Shown here: piece after piece, positions 29,456 through 40,113 of the stretch
How the letters are laid out: each line of letters opens with the position of its first letter
Position numbering within the stretch: position 1 is the stretch's first letter
Assembly (NCBI GenBank): GCA_050633245.1
Contig: JBOEGD010000009.1
Span: 96,001-160,000, forward strand
Direction: 5' to 3'
DNA length: 64,000 nt
From: Calditrichia bacterium
GTDB lineage: Bacteria > Calditrichota > Calditrichia > RBG-13-44-9 > J075
Program-made: the position numbers and the translations under genes
Notes under the pieces: generated by a model
Seen by the model: only the letters and a program-made list of their open reading frames with translations
What the model was told of the DNA's origin: nothing
The model's database searches: none

Positions 29456-30890
29456 CTAATAGCTTCTCCAATTCATTCAATTCATCCCGAATATAACTGC
29501 AGTAATTATACACGTCTGGCATAACTTCTTCGCAAGAAGTCGCACAAATACTCACCAAACCCGCATAGCTAAACACAGTAATCATTAATCCGAGTCCATC
29601 CATGGTAATCCCAAGGCCATAGTGACGCACTAAACGCGCACCATTCATAAATAGTGGAACTGGTGGCCCGGGAACATTTGTAATAACAAGATTGTAAAAT
29701 GGCCGGTGGAGCTCAGAAAGCCCCATGCGAGTGTACACCTTACTTGCCAAACCACTTAACTCTGATGGCAGAAAATCCATCAGCTTCTCGGCGGAGATCG
29801 CGCGACCAACCTCCTTCGAAGACTTTGTTGTCTTACGAATCGCTTTTAATCGTTCAAGCGGATCTGCAATTTCTGTTGCCAGCGAAATAAACATCGCGGA
29901 GACCTTATTTCCAGCCTGCCCCTGTTCGCGCTCATCGCGAACCGAGATCGGCACCATTGCCGACATCCCCTTCTCTGGCAACGCATCTTTTTCGAGCAAA
30001 TATCGTCTGAGGGCTCCGGCGCAGATGCCCAATACAACATCGTTTAGTTTTACCTCTGCAGCCGCACGCACCTTCTTTAGTGTTTTCAATGGAAGGTCAA
30101 CGGCGCCAAAAATTTTGTTCTGAGTAACCGGCACGTTTAAGATACTATTTGGGGCGGTCATCGGAAGAGCCGGCGGAGAGCTAAGTCCATCAACGAGTTC
30201 CTTTGAGATGTCCAATGCGTTGCCGGCCGTTTCCCCGATAAAACTAAGCAGCTTCATCGGCGTATTTAGAATACCCTTGTAGCTTCGAGCAATCAGATCT
30301 GTTGTAGAAGGAATTTCTTCCGGCATCCACTCTTCTGCAGGCGGCGGCACGTCTCGTGGTTCCGCCGTAAGATCATAAATAACCCCCATGATTTCTGCAC
30401 CAGATCCGCCATCGATATTGGCATGATGAATTTTGGCTAAAACAGCGAAGGAATTCGGCGGCAATTCTTCAATGCCATTTATTCCGGAAATACAGGTGAG
30501 GCTCCAAAGCGGCCGACTTCGGTCGAGCGGGGTATTATATATTTGCGCGGCCAATTTAGCCAACCCGCGCATGCCTCCGGGTTTTGGCAGAGCGACATGA
30601 AAAAGGTGGTGATCCAGGTGAAAGTCGGGATCGCGAATCCACACCGGACGTCCAAGATCCAGCGGAACTTCAACAAGACGGCGACGAAAAATCGGAGAAA
30701 GGTGAAGGCGTGACGCAAAGAAGCGCTTGAACTCATCGAAATCAAAGCTACCTTTGGGGTCCTCTGGGACGTAAATATGCAGACCACCAATATGCATCGG
30801 AGTCTTATTCGTTTCGAGCTGTAAAAATAGCGTATCCTGAGCAGAAAGCTGCTCCATAAGTCCATCCACGGTTACAGGGTTGTGAGTCAA
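29433..30890 (-). CDS. Wax ester synthase/diacylglycerol acyltransferase (WS/DGAT)
   Basis: KIHHANIDG motif, PLDRSRPLW, TNVPGP. Confidence 0.95.
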   Translation of the reverse strand: MTHNPVTVDGLMEQLSAQDTLFLQLETNKTPMHIGGLHIYVPEDPKGSFDFDEFKRFFASRLHLSPIFRRRLVEVPLDLGRPVWIRDPDFHLDHHLFHVALPKPGGMRGLAKLAAQIYNTPLDRSRPLWSLTCISGINGIEELPPNSFAVLAKIHHANIDGGSGAEIMGVIYDLTAEPRDVPPPAEEWMPEEIPSTTDLIARSYKGILNTPMKLLSFIGETAGNALDISKELVDGLSSPPALPMTAPNSILNVPVTQNKIFGAVDLPLKTLKKVRAAAEVKLNDVVLGICAGALRRYLLEKDALPEKGMSAMVPISVRDEREQGQAGNKVSAMFISLATEIADPLERLKAIRKTTKSSKEVGRAISAEKLMDFLPSELSGLASKVYTRMGLSELHRPFYNLVITNVPGPPVPLFMNGARLVRHYGLGITMDGLGLMITVFSYAGLVSICATSCEEVMPDVYNYCSYIRDELNELEKLLDEQSDEK

Positions 30891-31066
30891 AACAACTTAC
30901 AATATATCAAACTATCTCTTGCACCGAACTTATGCAAGAGTGCAAAATATTTCAGATGTGAGACGCTAAATCTGTGATCCCCGTATCCGCTAACCTTCCG
31001 TGCGATCTTATCTTAATTAAGATGTCCCGTTTCTAATTTTTCCACAGTATTCATTGAAAGGATTCT

Positions 31067-32653
31067 ATGGTGTATAAGATACCGCTTCGTATTGATTCAA
31101 TAAAAATATTCATCTCAGTTCTTGCTCTCGTATGCCTGTTTTCTGCACAGATTTTTGCGCAATCAACCCCTGTACTATTGAATGATTGGGTTGAAGAGGG
31201 TCTTGACAGCAATGGCAATTGGACCGTTTCGCAAGATAATCGTTCCGTCTTGCAGAGCATTAATGGGGCGCCGACTTTTTTTGTAAGTCCGGACACCTTC
31301 ATTAATACAACATTTGAAGGCAAGTTCTCCGTTCGCACAACAAGCGACAATGACTTTATAGGCTTTGTCTTTGGCTTTAACAGACCGGTTGGCGAAGAAG
31401 ACTATTTCGATTTTTTGCTGTTCGATTGGAAACAAGGTGACCAGAGCATTGGAGGTCGTTTCGCACCCGCCGGGTTTACTCTTTCCAGAATAGAAGGTAC
31501 CGTTAGCGGCAATCTTGCCAGCGGAAACCATCCCTATTGGAATCACTCCGATTCAACAATTACAATCCTCGATTCTATGTATGCAGATAGCCTGGGCTGG
31601 CAAGACAGTCTGGAATATTCCTTCAACCTCTTGTATGAAACCGGAAGAATTCAAATAAGCATAGATAATGACGTTATTTTTGATGTCGAAGGTACCTTCC
31701 CTGAAGGCAGATTTGGCTTTTATAACTATTCTCAGGCACTGGTGCGTTACCAGGGATTTACGCTTAATGAATTTCCACAGGCAAATAACGACATTGCGAT
31801 CGTTCCTGAAGACAGTGTTTTTACAATACCCGTCCTTTCAAATGATACTGATCCGGACGAGAATCCTCTCCAGGTTGTGTCTACATCAGGTGCTTTCCAT
31901 GGCATGGTGAATATTGGAAGCGGAGATTCGACAATCGTATATTTTCCAAGTACAAATTTTAACGGCGCAGACAGTTTCATGTACTTTATTGACGACGGAT
32001 TTGGTGGAACGGATTCTGCCGTTGTAAACATTACCGTCACCGCTCGCAATGATGCACCAATCGTTGCAAACCCGATTGCGGACACCACGTTAGCTGAAAA
32101 CAGTGGCTTAGTTTTTATTGCTTCGTTAAACACCGTGTTTAACGATGTTGATACCAACGATATGCCACTGGAGAATTTTAATGTAAGCTCATCCGGCAGC
32201 ATTATCTCGTCACTGGCGGGAGACTCACTTTATCTTGCGGTACCCTCCGGTGCTTCCGGAACGGACACAATTACTGTAACTGCAGTAGACGATAGTGTTG
32301 CGACCGTCGATGACCAGTTTGTTGTACAAATTCAAGCACCTGCAGCAGTTGACGACCTTCCGCAAACAGTTCCACAAGATTTTACAGTATTTGCAAACTA
32401 TCCTAACCCTTTTAATCCGATTACACACATCCGCTACTATCTGCCGACACGAAGCAACATCACGATAACGGTGTTTGATATTGCCGGCGGAACGATTAAG
32501 ACACTTCTAAATGGCGCACAGCCGGCAGGGAATCACGAAATTAGCTGGAATGCTCGAGATCAGAACGGTAATCCCGTAAGTTCAGGAGTCTATCTTTACA
32601 GGGTAGAGGCAAATGGACGCATCGAAACACGCAAAATGATTTATATTAAGTAA
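31067..32653 (+). CDS. Secreted thrombospondin-C-like lectin + Ig/cadherin-like repeats + FlgD/T9SS-like domain
   Basis: SDNDFIGFVFGF and GRFGFYNYSQ (TSP_C-like); VLSNDTDPD and NDAP repeats; NYPNPFNP. Confidence 0.78.
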   Translation: MVYKIPLRIDSIKIFISVLALVCLFSAQIFAQSTPVLLNDWVEEGLDSNGNWTVSQDNRSVLQSINGAPTFFVSPDTFINTTFEGKFSVRTTSDNDFIGFVFGFNRPVGEEDYFDFLLFDWKQGDQSIGGRFAPAGFTLSRIEGTVSGNLASGNHPYWNHSDSTITILDSMYADSLGWQDSLEYSFNLLYETGRIQISIDNDVIFDVEGTFPEGRFGFYNYSQALVRYQGFTLNEFPQANNDIAIVPEDSVFTIPVLSNDTDPDENPLQVVSTSGAFHGMVNIGSGDSTIVYFPSTNFNGADSFMYFIDDGFGGTDSAVVNITVTARNDAPIVANPIADTTLAENSGLVFIASLNTVFNDVDTNDMPLENFNVSSSGSIISSLAGDSLYLAVPSGASGTDTITVTAVDDSVATVDDQFVVQIQAPAAVDDLPQTVPQDFTVFANYPNPFNPITHIRYYLPTRSNITITVFDIAGGTIKTLLNGAQPAGNHEISWNARDQNGNPVSSGVYLYRVEANGRIETRKMIYIK

Positions 32654-32658
32654 TAGTA

Positions 32659-32695
32659 TTGCGCAATATTTCGGTAGACCCGAAATATTGCGCAA
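32659..32695. terminator. 16-bp perfect-stem hairpin between convergent genes
   Basis: TTGCGCAATATTTCGG-TAGAC-CCGAAATATTGCGCAA. Confidence 0.75.
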
Positions 32696-32710
32696 CCTTC
32701 TTCACTGTTC

Positions 32711-35700
32711 TTATTCCTTGTAATTTGGATTCTTGATAAATTCCCCCACAAACTTCCCGTCTTTATCTACTTGCCTGGCACCTAAAATATCTTCCGTTTT
32801 AACACCACCGGGAATTGCAAACTCCTTCTCATAGGGATATGGACTCTTATCACCGAGTGCTTTATTCACGTCGACCCCGCCTTTTGGACGGACAACGTAG
32901 ACATAATTACCTTTCTGTGAGAACTTGGCAGCAATCCCCGGAGCTGATGTTGTAGAGACATAATTACTCGGAGGTTTTATGTTGTTCCTGGCGTGCTTCA
33001 ACACATCCATACTTTCTCCACGCGGCTGGAACCCCTTTTCAAAAACCTCTGAAGGCATACGACGATCTCCGCGAAACAGGTAACGTTTTCCGGAACATAA
33101 CCCATCGACCAGCTGGCTACTTCCTCGAACGGCACCAAGAGCATCGCTGCCACGATCAAGCGTTTTATAGAGCGTTCCCAATCCTGCAGCGCCGGGCGTT
33201 AAAATCCCAACTAGATCAAGCCCAACCGCAGTCCAATTCGAATAACTTGCAGGATCAATCACCAAATCCTTTATGGAAAATCCGAGTGATATGACGTCGA
33301 AGATTGTCTCGAAATATGCACCATCCTGCTCCACTTTGCTAACCGGATCATTCGCCGTAAAAGCATAAGGACTTATTGACAGATAGTCGAGCGCCTTAGG
33401 GTCTGGTGATAACCAGCGTCCCAATGATGGATCGTAATAGCGACGACCAAAACTCAACCAGCCCGTCTCGTCATCACCATGTTGTCCACTAAAACCCGGA
33501 GTTCCGGTCGTGGCACCACTTAAGTAAGACTTGCCGGGCATGAGTTGTCCAAATGGATAGAACTCCATTGCAGCAAGCAGTTCACCATCTTCACTCACAA
33601 CTCGCTTCACTGAACCCTGATAATCACGCAAAAAATAATGCTTAACAGGAGCGATAGTCTCACCCGTTTTGCTGTCAACCTGGGCCGGCAGCCATCTGCC
33701 TTCGACTTTCTCGCCGATAATATTCCAGTGAACCAGCTTTCCATTATGGAATTGACCCAGCGGATGCTTCTTGGCAAAAATTGCCGCCTCACAATACGAG
33801 CCGTTTTTCTTCGCTACACGTTGGTTATCGCGATTATAACTAAACTGAAGCTCGGCTCCGCTAAACGTTTTAACATAAATTGGCCTGTTAAACCAATCAT
33901 AGTCGATTTCCATTGTTGCTGTAGCTTGTTCAATACGAATAATATTGCCATTCGCGTCATACGAGAAGTCACTTGATTCCGCATCCCACTTTTCCTCAGT
34001 TGCATTCACCCGATCCAGAATAGTTTGAATTTGATTCGATTCACCATAGTGATAGTCGAGCCTATCGAGCAACTCGCCTTCGCCGTCATACTTGCGAAAT
34101 CCAAGAATATTGCCACTGGCATCGTAGGAGAAACCATTTAGCTTATAGGCTGACTTTTCTTGCCAAATGCGATCGAACTCAGAGTAGGTTGCAGAACGCA
34201 AGCGGTCGGCGGAATCGAACGCGTAGTCGTATCTTTGTAAAAGCTCATTGTGGTCCAGAAAATCGACTTGATTTATGCGACCATCAGGCGAATAGGCGAA
34301 GCGTTGGAACATGCCATAAGCTGTATTGGTAATCTGCCCTGAAGACACTAACCAGCCACGTAGGTTGTGCTCATAAGGCATTGCAACAGTCGGGGTTGAA
34401 CCATTGGCATATCCCAGACCAATAAAGTTTTGCATGCCTTCTACGGCGTAGTCGTATTTGACATCCAGTTCATGTGAGGTTAAACTCGCTGCAGTTCGCA
34501 CGGCTGCCAGACGATCCCGCTCGTCATAGTCAAAATGGTGGGAATAAAAGTTGTCTCCAGCCTGCACAGTCAGTGAAAGAGGATTGTCTTGCAGATCGTA
34601 GCTTAGTTGAAGATCTGCAAGGGGGATCTCTGCGTTCAGCTTACGTGTTTCGCGCAAATTACCGCGCTCATCGTAAGAGAATAATTCTACCTGCCAAGCC
34701 CCATTCGAGAAATAGGCATGTGCAGTCCGTCTTGAAACGGGAAGGTGATGTGTAAAGGTGGTATACCGGCTGTTCGGGAAAATATTCCACGGTGCAGTGG
34801 TAAAATCCGGCGACATATCATAGCAGTTCACCTCCACCCAATTCTTGTCGTCGTGTTCAAAGAAATAGGATTCGGCCGGGTTCAGCTCATCGAAATCCGC
34901 ATTGGCATGCCCTACCAACTTCAGCCGGTCGAGAAAATCATAGATGTAAAATCGAACAATACCGGCATTGCGCATGTTGGCATCTTGCATAAAACGCAGA
35001 TTTCCATGTGGATCATAGCGATACTGACGCCGTCCGCTATCAATTAGATTATCTTCCATCGGCAGGTTCAGCGTATTGTATTTTTGAGTCATTAGCCAAT
35101 CATTGGCATTGCTTCCGGAAGGCGGTGCGAAGAAGTTTGGTGGACGAATAATGAGTTGATTTCCGGCAGCATCTACATCGGATTGTGATTTTAAGACTGA
35201 GCTGAGTTGCCCGGGATTCCAAAAAGTGACATCGCCGATCACCCGGGCTGGGGCGTTATGCTGTGGATTTAGTCGACGCGCAACAGCCCGAAGCAAATAG
35301 GATCCTGCTGCCAACTCAACTTCCCCCTGCCAATTGCCATCTTCTGAAAGAGACAGAAAGGATACGCTACCGTTAAGATTGGTGATACTAAACTCTCCGC
35401 TCAGGTACGGACCATTAGCGGTGATTGAGCAACTCCAGCCGATACGTTGCGGTTCATCCAGGACGATTAATTTGCTATCCGCCGCCTCACCTTCGTTGCA
35501 ATTTCCGTCATTGTAACAGCTGGCATTGACTTCTGCAGTCGCTTCCGTCGAGCCGGAGAAGAGCTGCGAGCCAACAAGATTGTTCAGTTCGTCGAAGTAG
35601 CTTGCGCGCTCTCGCCCAGCCTCATCACGAGAGTAGTCAGTGCGCAGAAGGATAGACCGCGAAGTTGGATACACTTCGGGGAAGACTTCTGAGGCTTTCT

Positions 35701-38700
35701 GAAATCGCTGCATAAACAGTTGATTTGTGCTTGTTCCACTCTCGGTTGGATAAGCGATACGCTGCGGATTTCCGGTAAATTTCCCGGGATACAGGTATTG
35801 CGTTACTCGATTGGTTTTTTGATCAGAAAGCGTGCCGTCAGCATTGCGACGGTCATAAAGCGAATCGAAATGAACCGGTTGCCCAACCGAACGCGCATAC
35901 GGCAAATATTTGCTGTAGATCCTCCCCTGCAGGTCAAGTTCATTCGTTAAGTAGGTGTTGCGATTGTCCGCTGTTATTACGGTTTGTACTGCCTCGCCTA
36001 AACCATTAGAGAAGACCGTTTCATTACGCTGTTTTGTCGCATCCTGAAAAAATTGCGAAATCACCGAGTTTGGGGAGTGCATTTCTTCCCCGGCATCTCG
36101 ACCATAACTATAGCTATGTTTCGAGATGATTCTGCCAGAGCGATCTTTTATCGTGGTCAACCGCGAAAACGAGTCATAGTTGTATCGCGTTACTATACCG
36201 TTTTCATCTTCAACCGACTCCATGTTAAGAGAGGATTGATTATAATCATACGCTCGAAAAACCTGCCCGGCCATGGATATACCAGTCAAATAAGCATGGC
36301 CGAACTCTTGATGATGAGCCAGATTTGAGAAGTTATTTTCGTTGTTACCATAAAAAAGCGCGAGCTCTTCTCCACGGCCATCCTCAAACAAGACCCGGTT
36401 TCCATTCGAATATTCCAAAACACGAAATCCCAGCTGCCAGTGGGTTCCCGGCATCTCATCCACTTCCCAGGCATTAAACTCTGGTGGAAAAGCTAAATCT
36501 CCGGGTGCTGCAAGATCATAGCGTTCATACAGCCGCCAGGCAGTGGGGGCTTCCCCTTTCTTCGAGTCAATTTCCGGCGTTTCCCGCCATGTTTGACGAT
36601 AGGTACCATGTAAGCTCGTTACCCCAAGTCGATTGTTTTTGCTAAATGCGGTTTCTTCGGCCAATGCCGCAAGCTGATTGCGGCTTCGCATGCCGGTTAT
36701 CTGTTCAGTTTCCCAACTGTTGCCGCCATATTCCGGTATTTGCCAGGCATAACGAAGCTGCTTGTCTATCTTCCACTCTGGTGTGGAAATTGTCTCGCGC
36801 TTTAGCTGACCGGTTTCTTCAATGTATTCCCGCAGAATCGTTTTTGCGCGTACAACATCCGGATTATAGAATTCCTTTTGTTTTTCTTCAATTATATAGC
36901 TTGATGTCTGCCATGCATATGCTTTGTAAGGTAGAAGATCCGCAAGATCCAATACCAGTGCAGCCTTTGAAGCAGATGTGAGATAGTTAAAGTCTGCCGA
37001 AGTCGTGAGCTGGCCTTCACGTGCAGTAGAACGGACAATGGCAGAGCGGACTGCTCCGGCAGGCATTCCGATAGCACCTGCAAAGGCAACCCAGCGCTCG
37101 CTATAAACCGGGGATTGAAATAAAATCGTCCGGCACGAGGAATTGCTCTGATAGTATGTTTTAACAGAAGACGAATCGGACCAGGCTCGACGAATCCATT
37201 CGTACACAACATCCTGCTCACCGCGATTAACCGCCCGAAAGGCATTCGGTTCAATAAAGTGAGAATTGACAAACGGAAGTAGACGAGACGGCATGCAGCC
37301 AATGGTTCCAGGGCCATAGGAAAACTCGCTATACTCTGCATTTCCCATACCGTCCGAGCGCGTAATCCGAGTAACTCGAACTCCCCCCTGTCTACGACTT
37401 CCACCGGCTGGCCAGGCGTCGAAATCAAACACCATCTCGTCATATTGATGCTGCCCGGTAGAAAGGTTGTAGCGCACCCGATCGATGCGAACATCCTGCT
37501 GATCAATCTGATCATTTGAATATCTGTAGCTCTCCCAGCCACCAGTTGGGAAAACCATCTTGCGCAAGCTCCAGGCTGCCGCATCGTTTGGATTTGTGTC
37601 TATGCCAGAACCGGGATGCGGCATGTCATTGTAATAGCCGAGCCCATCGTAGTAGTGATGCGATGGATTAAAACTCCACTCGGGATTACCGGCACTACCC
37701 ACTTCGGGATAAACGAAATCATACCCGGGAAGCGTCTCGCCAGCCGGGTCACGATAGAAAAAACCGTGCAATGTCAGCTTGCCGCGACTTATTCCGCCAG
37801 ACGCCCCCTTGCCCAAAACATAATCGCTCAGTGAATTCCCATGATTCATTTCTACAATTTGGTTGACTTCACCACTGCGTGTGGCTAACTCGATGTGCTT
37901 AAGACGACGATAAAACCGGCTGATATCCTCGGTATTATTTCGCGCATAAACCAAATCGGCATCTTTGCGGTCCGCAACTGTAATAAACTCGGCACGATGG
38001 CTGGGCGTGGTAATAAAACGTAAATAGGTATTCTCGATGGCTTGCTCCGGCCCGGAATTACCAATCGCAACCGGCTCATTTTCATCAAAACCATAGTCGA
38101 AGCGAATCCAATCTGCCAGGCTTTCCAGTGCAGAATAAATATCTGCCGCAGAAGCTGGCTGAGCATCCGGCTTTTGTAATAACAGCCCAATATCACCATG
38201 ATATTCCGGTCCGGCGATAGCAAGCAGGCGCCAGGCATTGGGATGGTAAATCGTTTGTGCCAGGCCGCTAAACGAGCGAAATGCCGCGACTGTCGGGTTG
38301 CCAAACACGTAACGCACATTCTCGTCGGTGGTAATCATAAAACGCGTAATGTATTTTCCGGGGAGCAACGGATGATAGCTTTCACCAGGCCAGGGGTGAT
38401 TTTCACGATCGGTGATTAGCGTCTCGATCTTATAGGGAAGGTGCGTTTCGAGGTAAAATTTTGACGCATTATACGGCGCGCGAAACGATTTGACATTGGT
38501 ATTCTCATTAAAACCGGCAACCGTAGCGCGGCCCATGGGAATCGTACCAATTCCCGGCAGATTTACAAAAAAAGCATCAGGCATTTGAGCAGCCGTAGAC
38601 GGATCATCGACTCGGTCGACACCATAATGCACACCATTTGAAATCAGATTGCCCTTCACATCGCGCGTAATACTTCCGGGGTCAAAATTCCAGCCCAAGC

Positions 38701-38971
38701 CTAACCATGATGCCGTTTGATGATAGCGAATCCCGGCTCGATAGGAAAATTCAATTTCAAAGCTGCGTCCCGGGCTCCCCGGAACGGTTAAGACCGGAAT
38801 CCTTAGATGCAGATCTCCCTTGCTATCGACATTGCCTTCCGCAGGCGTGGCGAATGACCAAACCTCCGGCTGCATGTTAAACTCATTAAATCGTTGAAAA
38901 ACCGGCTGCTGCGCTACAGTGCTAATTGAAAACAGCAAGAGCAACAGTCCACATAGCCAAACAGGTTGCAT
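32711..38971 (-). CDS. Rhs/YD-repeat protein with C-terminal ADP-ribosyltransferase toxin (pertussis-S1/scabin-like fold)
   Basis: Signal peptide; YD repeats; core RYYDPSLGRWLSPDP...SPYAF..NDPV; tip LFRGD, YVSTT, PYEKEF (R-S-E triad). Confidence 0.9.
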   Translation of the reverse strand: MQPVWLCGLLLLLFSISTVAQQPVFQRFNEFNMQPEVWSFATPAEGNVDSKGDLHLRIPVLTVPGSPGRSFEIEFSYRAGIRYHQTASWLGLGWNFDPGSITRDVKGNLISNGVHYGVDRVDDPSTAAQMPDAFFVNLPGIGTIPMGRATVAGFNENTNVKSFRAPYNASKFYLETHLPYKIETLITDRENHPWPGESYHPLLPGKYITRFMITTDENVRYVFGNPTVAAFRSFSGLAQTIYHPNAWRLLAIAGPEYHGDIGLLLQKPDAQPASAADIYSALESLADWIRFDYGFDENEPVAIGNSGPEQAIENTYLRFITTPSHRAEFITVADRKDADLVYARNNTEDISRFYRRLKHIELATRSGEVNQIVEMNHGNSLSDYVLGKGASGGISRGKLTLHGFFYRDPAGETLPGYDFVYPEVGSAGNPEWSFNPSHHYYDGLGYYNDMPHPGSGIDTNPNDAAAWSLRKMVFPTGGWESYRYSNDQIDQQDVRIDRVRYNLSTGQHQYDEMVFDFDAWPAGGSRRQGGVRVTRITRSDGMGNAEYSEFSYGPGTIGCMPSRLLPFVNSHFIEPNAFRAVNRGEQDVVYEWIRRAWSDSSSVKTYYQSNSSCRTILFQSPVYSERWVAFAGAIGMPAGAVRSAIVRSTAREGQLTTSADFNYLTSASKAALVLDLADLLPYKAYAWQTSSYIIEEKQKEFYNPDVVRAKTILREYIEETGQLKRETISTPEWKIDKQLRYAWQIPEYGGNSWETEQITGMRSRNQLAALAEETAFSKNNRLGVTSLHGTYRQTWRETPEIDSKKGEAPTAWRLYERYDLAAPGDLAFPPEFNAWEVDEMPGTHWQLGFRVLEYSNGNRVLFEDGRGEELALFYGNNENNFSNLAHHQEFGHAYLTGISMAGQVFRAYDYNQSSLNMESVEDENGIVTRYNYDSFSRLTTIKDRSGRIISKHSYSYGRDAGEEMHSPNSVISQFFQDATKQRNETVFSNGLGEAVQTVITADNRNTYLTNELDLQGRIYSKYLPYARSVGQPVHFDSLYDRRNADGTLSDQKTNRVTQYLYPGKFTGNPQRIAYPTESGTSTNQLFMQRFQKASEVFPEVYPTSRSILLRTDYSRDEAGRERASYFDELNNLVGSQLFSGSTEATAEVNASCYNDGNCNEGEAADSKLIVLDEPQRIGWSCSITANGPYLSGEFSITNLNGSVSFLSLSEDGNWQGEVELAAGSYLLRAVARRLNPQHNAPARVIGDVTFWNPGQLSSVLKSQSDVDAAGNQLIIRPPNFFAPPSGSNANDWLMTQKYNTLNLPMEDNLIDSGRRQYRYDPHGNLRFMQDANMRNAGIVRFYIYDFLDRLKLVGHANADFDELNPAESYFFEHDDKNWVEVNCYDMSPDFTTAPWNIFPNSRYTTFTHHLPVSRRTAHAYFSNGAWQVELFSYDERGNLRETRKLNAEIPLADLQLSYDLQDNPLSLTVQAGDNFYSHHFDYDERDRLAAVRTAASLTSHELDVKYDYAVEGMQNFIGLGYANGSTPTVAMPYEHNLRGWLVSSGQITNTAYGMFQRFAYSPDGRINQVDFLDHNELLQRYDYAFDSADRLRSATYSEFDRIWQEKSAYKLNGFSYDASGNILGFRKYDGEGELLDRLDYHYGESNQIQTILDRVNATEEKWDAESSDFSYDANGNIIRIEQATATMEIDYDWFNRPIYVKTFSGAELQFSYNRDNQRVAKKNGSYCEAAIFAKKHPLGQFHNGKLVHWNIIGEKVEGRWLPAQVDSKTGETIAPVKHYFLRDYQGSVKRVVSEDGELLAAMEFYPFGQLMPGKSYLSGATTGTPGFSGQHGDDETGWLSFGRRYYDPSLGRWLSPDPKALDYLSISPYAFTANDPVSKVEQDGAYFETIFDVISLGFSIKDLVIDPASYSNWTAVGLDLVGILTPGAAGLGTLYKTLDRGSDALGAVRGSSQLVDGLCSGKRYLFRGDRRMPSEVFEKGFQPRGESMDVLKHARNNIKPPSNYVSTTSAPGIAAKFSQKGNYVYVVRPKGGVDVNKALGDKSPYPYEKEFAIPGGVKTEDILGARQVDKDGKFVGEFIKNPNYKE

Positions 38972-39022
38972 AACAACCTCCCGTGTTGTGTAAAAACGCG
39001 GGGGACGTGTGGCAAGTGCTTT

Positions 39023-39178
39023 TGCACATCATGTGCCAACAAAAAGAAACGCCATTTTGTGCAGTTTTTCGGTTTGCAGAACGTTCTAAGATGCAAAAAG
39101 AACTGGCAGGGATTTATGAAGCAAATGACTGTAGGTGCGTGGTAGAGACATCTGAGGCAGCTGCAAAACAGCTTTGCA
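39023..39178 (-). promoter_or_regulatory. Candidate sigma54 promoter with upstream activator site for rhs
   Basis: TTGGCACATGATGTGCA (GG-N10-GC) at 39039-39023; TGCA-N9-TGCA palindrome at 39162-39178. Confidence 0.45.
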
Positions 39179-39228
39179 GACATGCAAGGAAATAGTGCGT
39201 TGGTGCACGGTGTGCCAAGGTAAGACTT

Positions 39229-39252
39229 GTAAAGACGCGATGCTTCGCGTCT
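39229..39252 (+). repeat. REP-like palindrome GTAAAGACGCGATGCTTCGCGTCT
   Basis: Inverted copies at 44978..45001 and 49823..49846. Confidence 0.75.
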
Positions 39253-39285
39253 CGTAAGCCAAATGGTGCTAACGAATATTGCCTA

Positions 39286-39987
39286 TTAAATCGCCGTGAA
39301 CAGCCCTAGTGCAAAGCGCCAGGATCGCGCTCTTTGCTCAAGGCCATCGTTAGATCTGTTTAGCTGATTGGTAAGCTCCAGATTATACGCTCCGCCGATA
39401 TCTATTCCGAATGCCCCACGTATCGGTATTTGAACCCCAACTGCGAGGCTAAATCCAATTGCTTCATCCCTTGTAGGTTTCACTAATATGTCTTCAACAA
39501 AGAATGCGGCTTCCAAAGCAGGATCTAACTCCAGCCCGGTACTGCGCAAAAAGCCGACTGTTACGCCAGACGCTAAATACGGATGATATCCTGCACGCTT
39601 TACAACGTATCTCAATAATAGTGGTATTTCGATATAAGATAATTTTGCAACAAATCGTATGTCATTCAACACTCTGCCTGTAACGTCTGTAGTAACCTGC
39701 AAATCACTCTTTCCGCCAAGACGCACAAAGCCCACACCGCTTCGGATGCGCAATTCAGGGGAAAGTTGGTATTCAAGCTGAACATCGGTCAGATAACTCA
39801 ACTCCATATTCCCATATGGTTCGCCCGGAATATTAAATCCCTTCGCAGACAGTTTAGATAGAGTCATGCCTCCGTTGACCGTAATTGACAGGGGAGTTTT
39901 GGAAGATGAGGCAAAACGATCGTTCTGGCAATAAACAGATGTGGTAAAAAAGAGGAATAGTAGGATTACCGAGGCAAAAAACTTCAT
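39286..39987 (-). CDS. Outer-membrane beta-barrel (PorT/OMP_b-brl-like), paralogue 2
   Basis: Signal peptide MKFFASV, YIEIPLLLRY motif; GAGG RBS. Confidence 0.82.
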   Translation of the reverse strand: MKFFASVILLFLFFTTSVYCQNDRFASSSKTPLSITVNGGMTLSKLSAKGFNIPGEPYGNMELSYLTDVQLEYQLSPELRIRSGVGFVRLGGKSDLQVTTDVTGRVLNDIRFVAKLSYIEIPLLLRYVVKRAGYHPYLASGVTVGFLRSTGLELDPALEAAFFVEDILVKPTRDEAIGFSLAVGVQIPIRGAFGIDIGGAYNLELTNQLNRSNDGLEQRARSWRFALGLFTAI

Positions 39988-40113
39988 TATGAATCCTCTG
40001 TTAAGATGAGTATCAAAGTAACATTCTTTGCGAAGTATTAATATAATGTCCCGCCTTATCAAAAGTTCATGCCAAAATCGAGTATCATTTATATCCAGGT
40101 AACATTAAGATCA

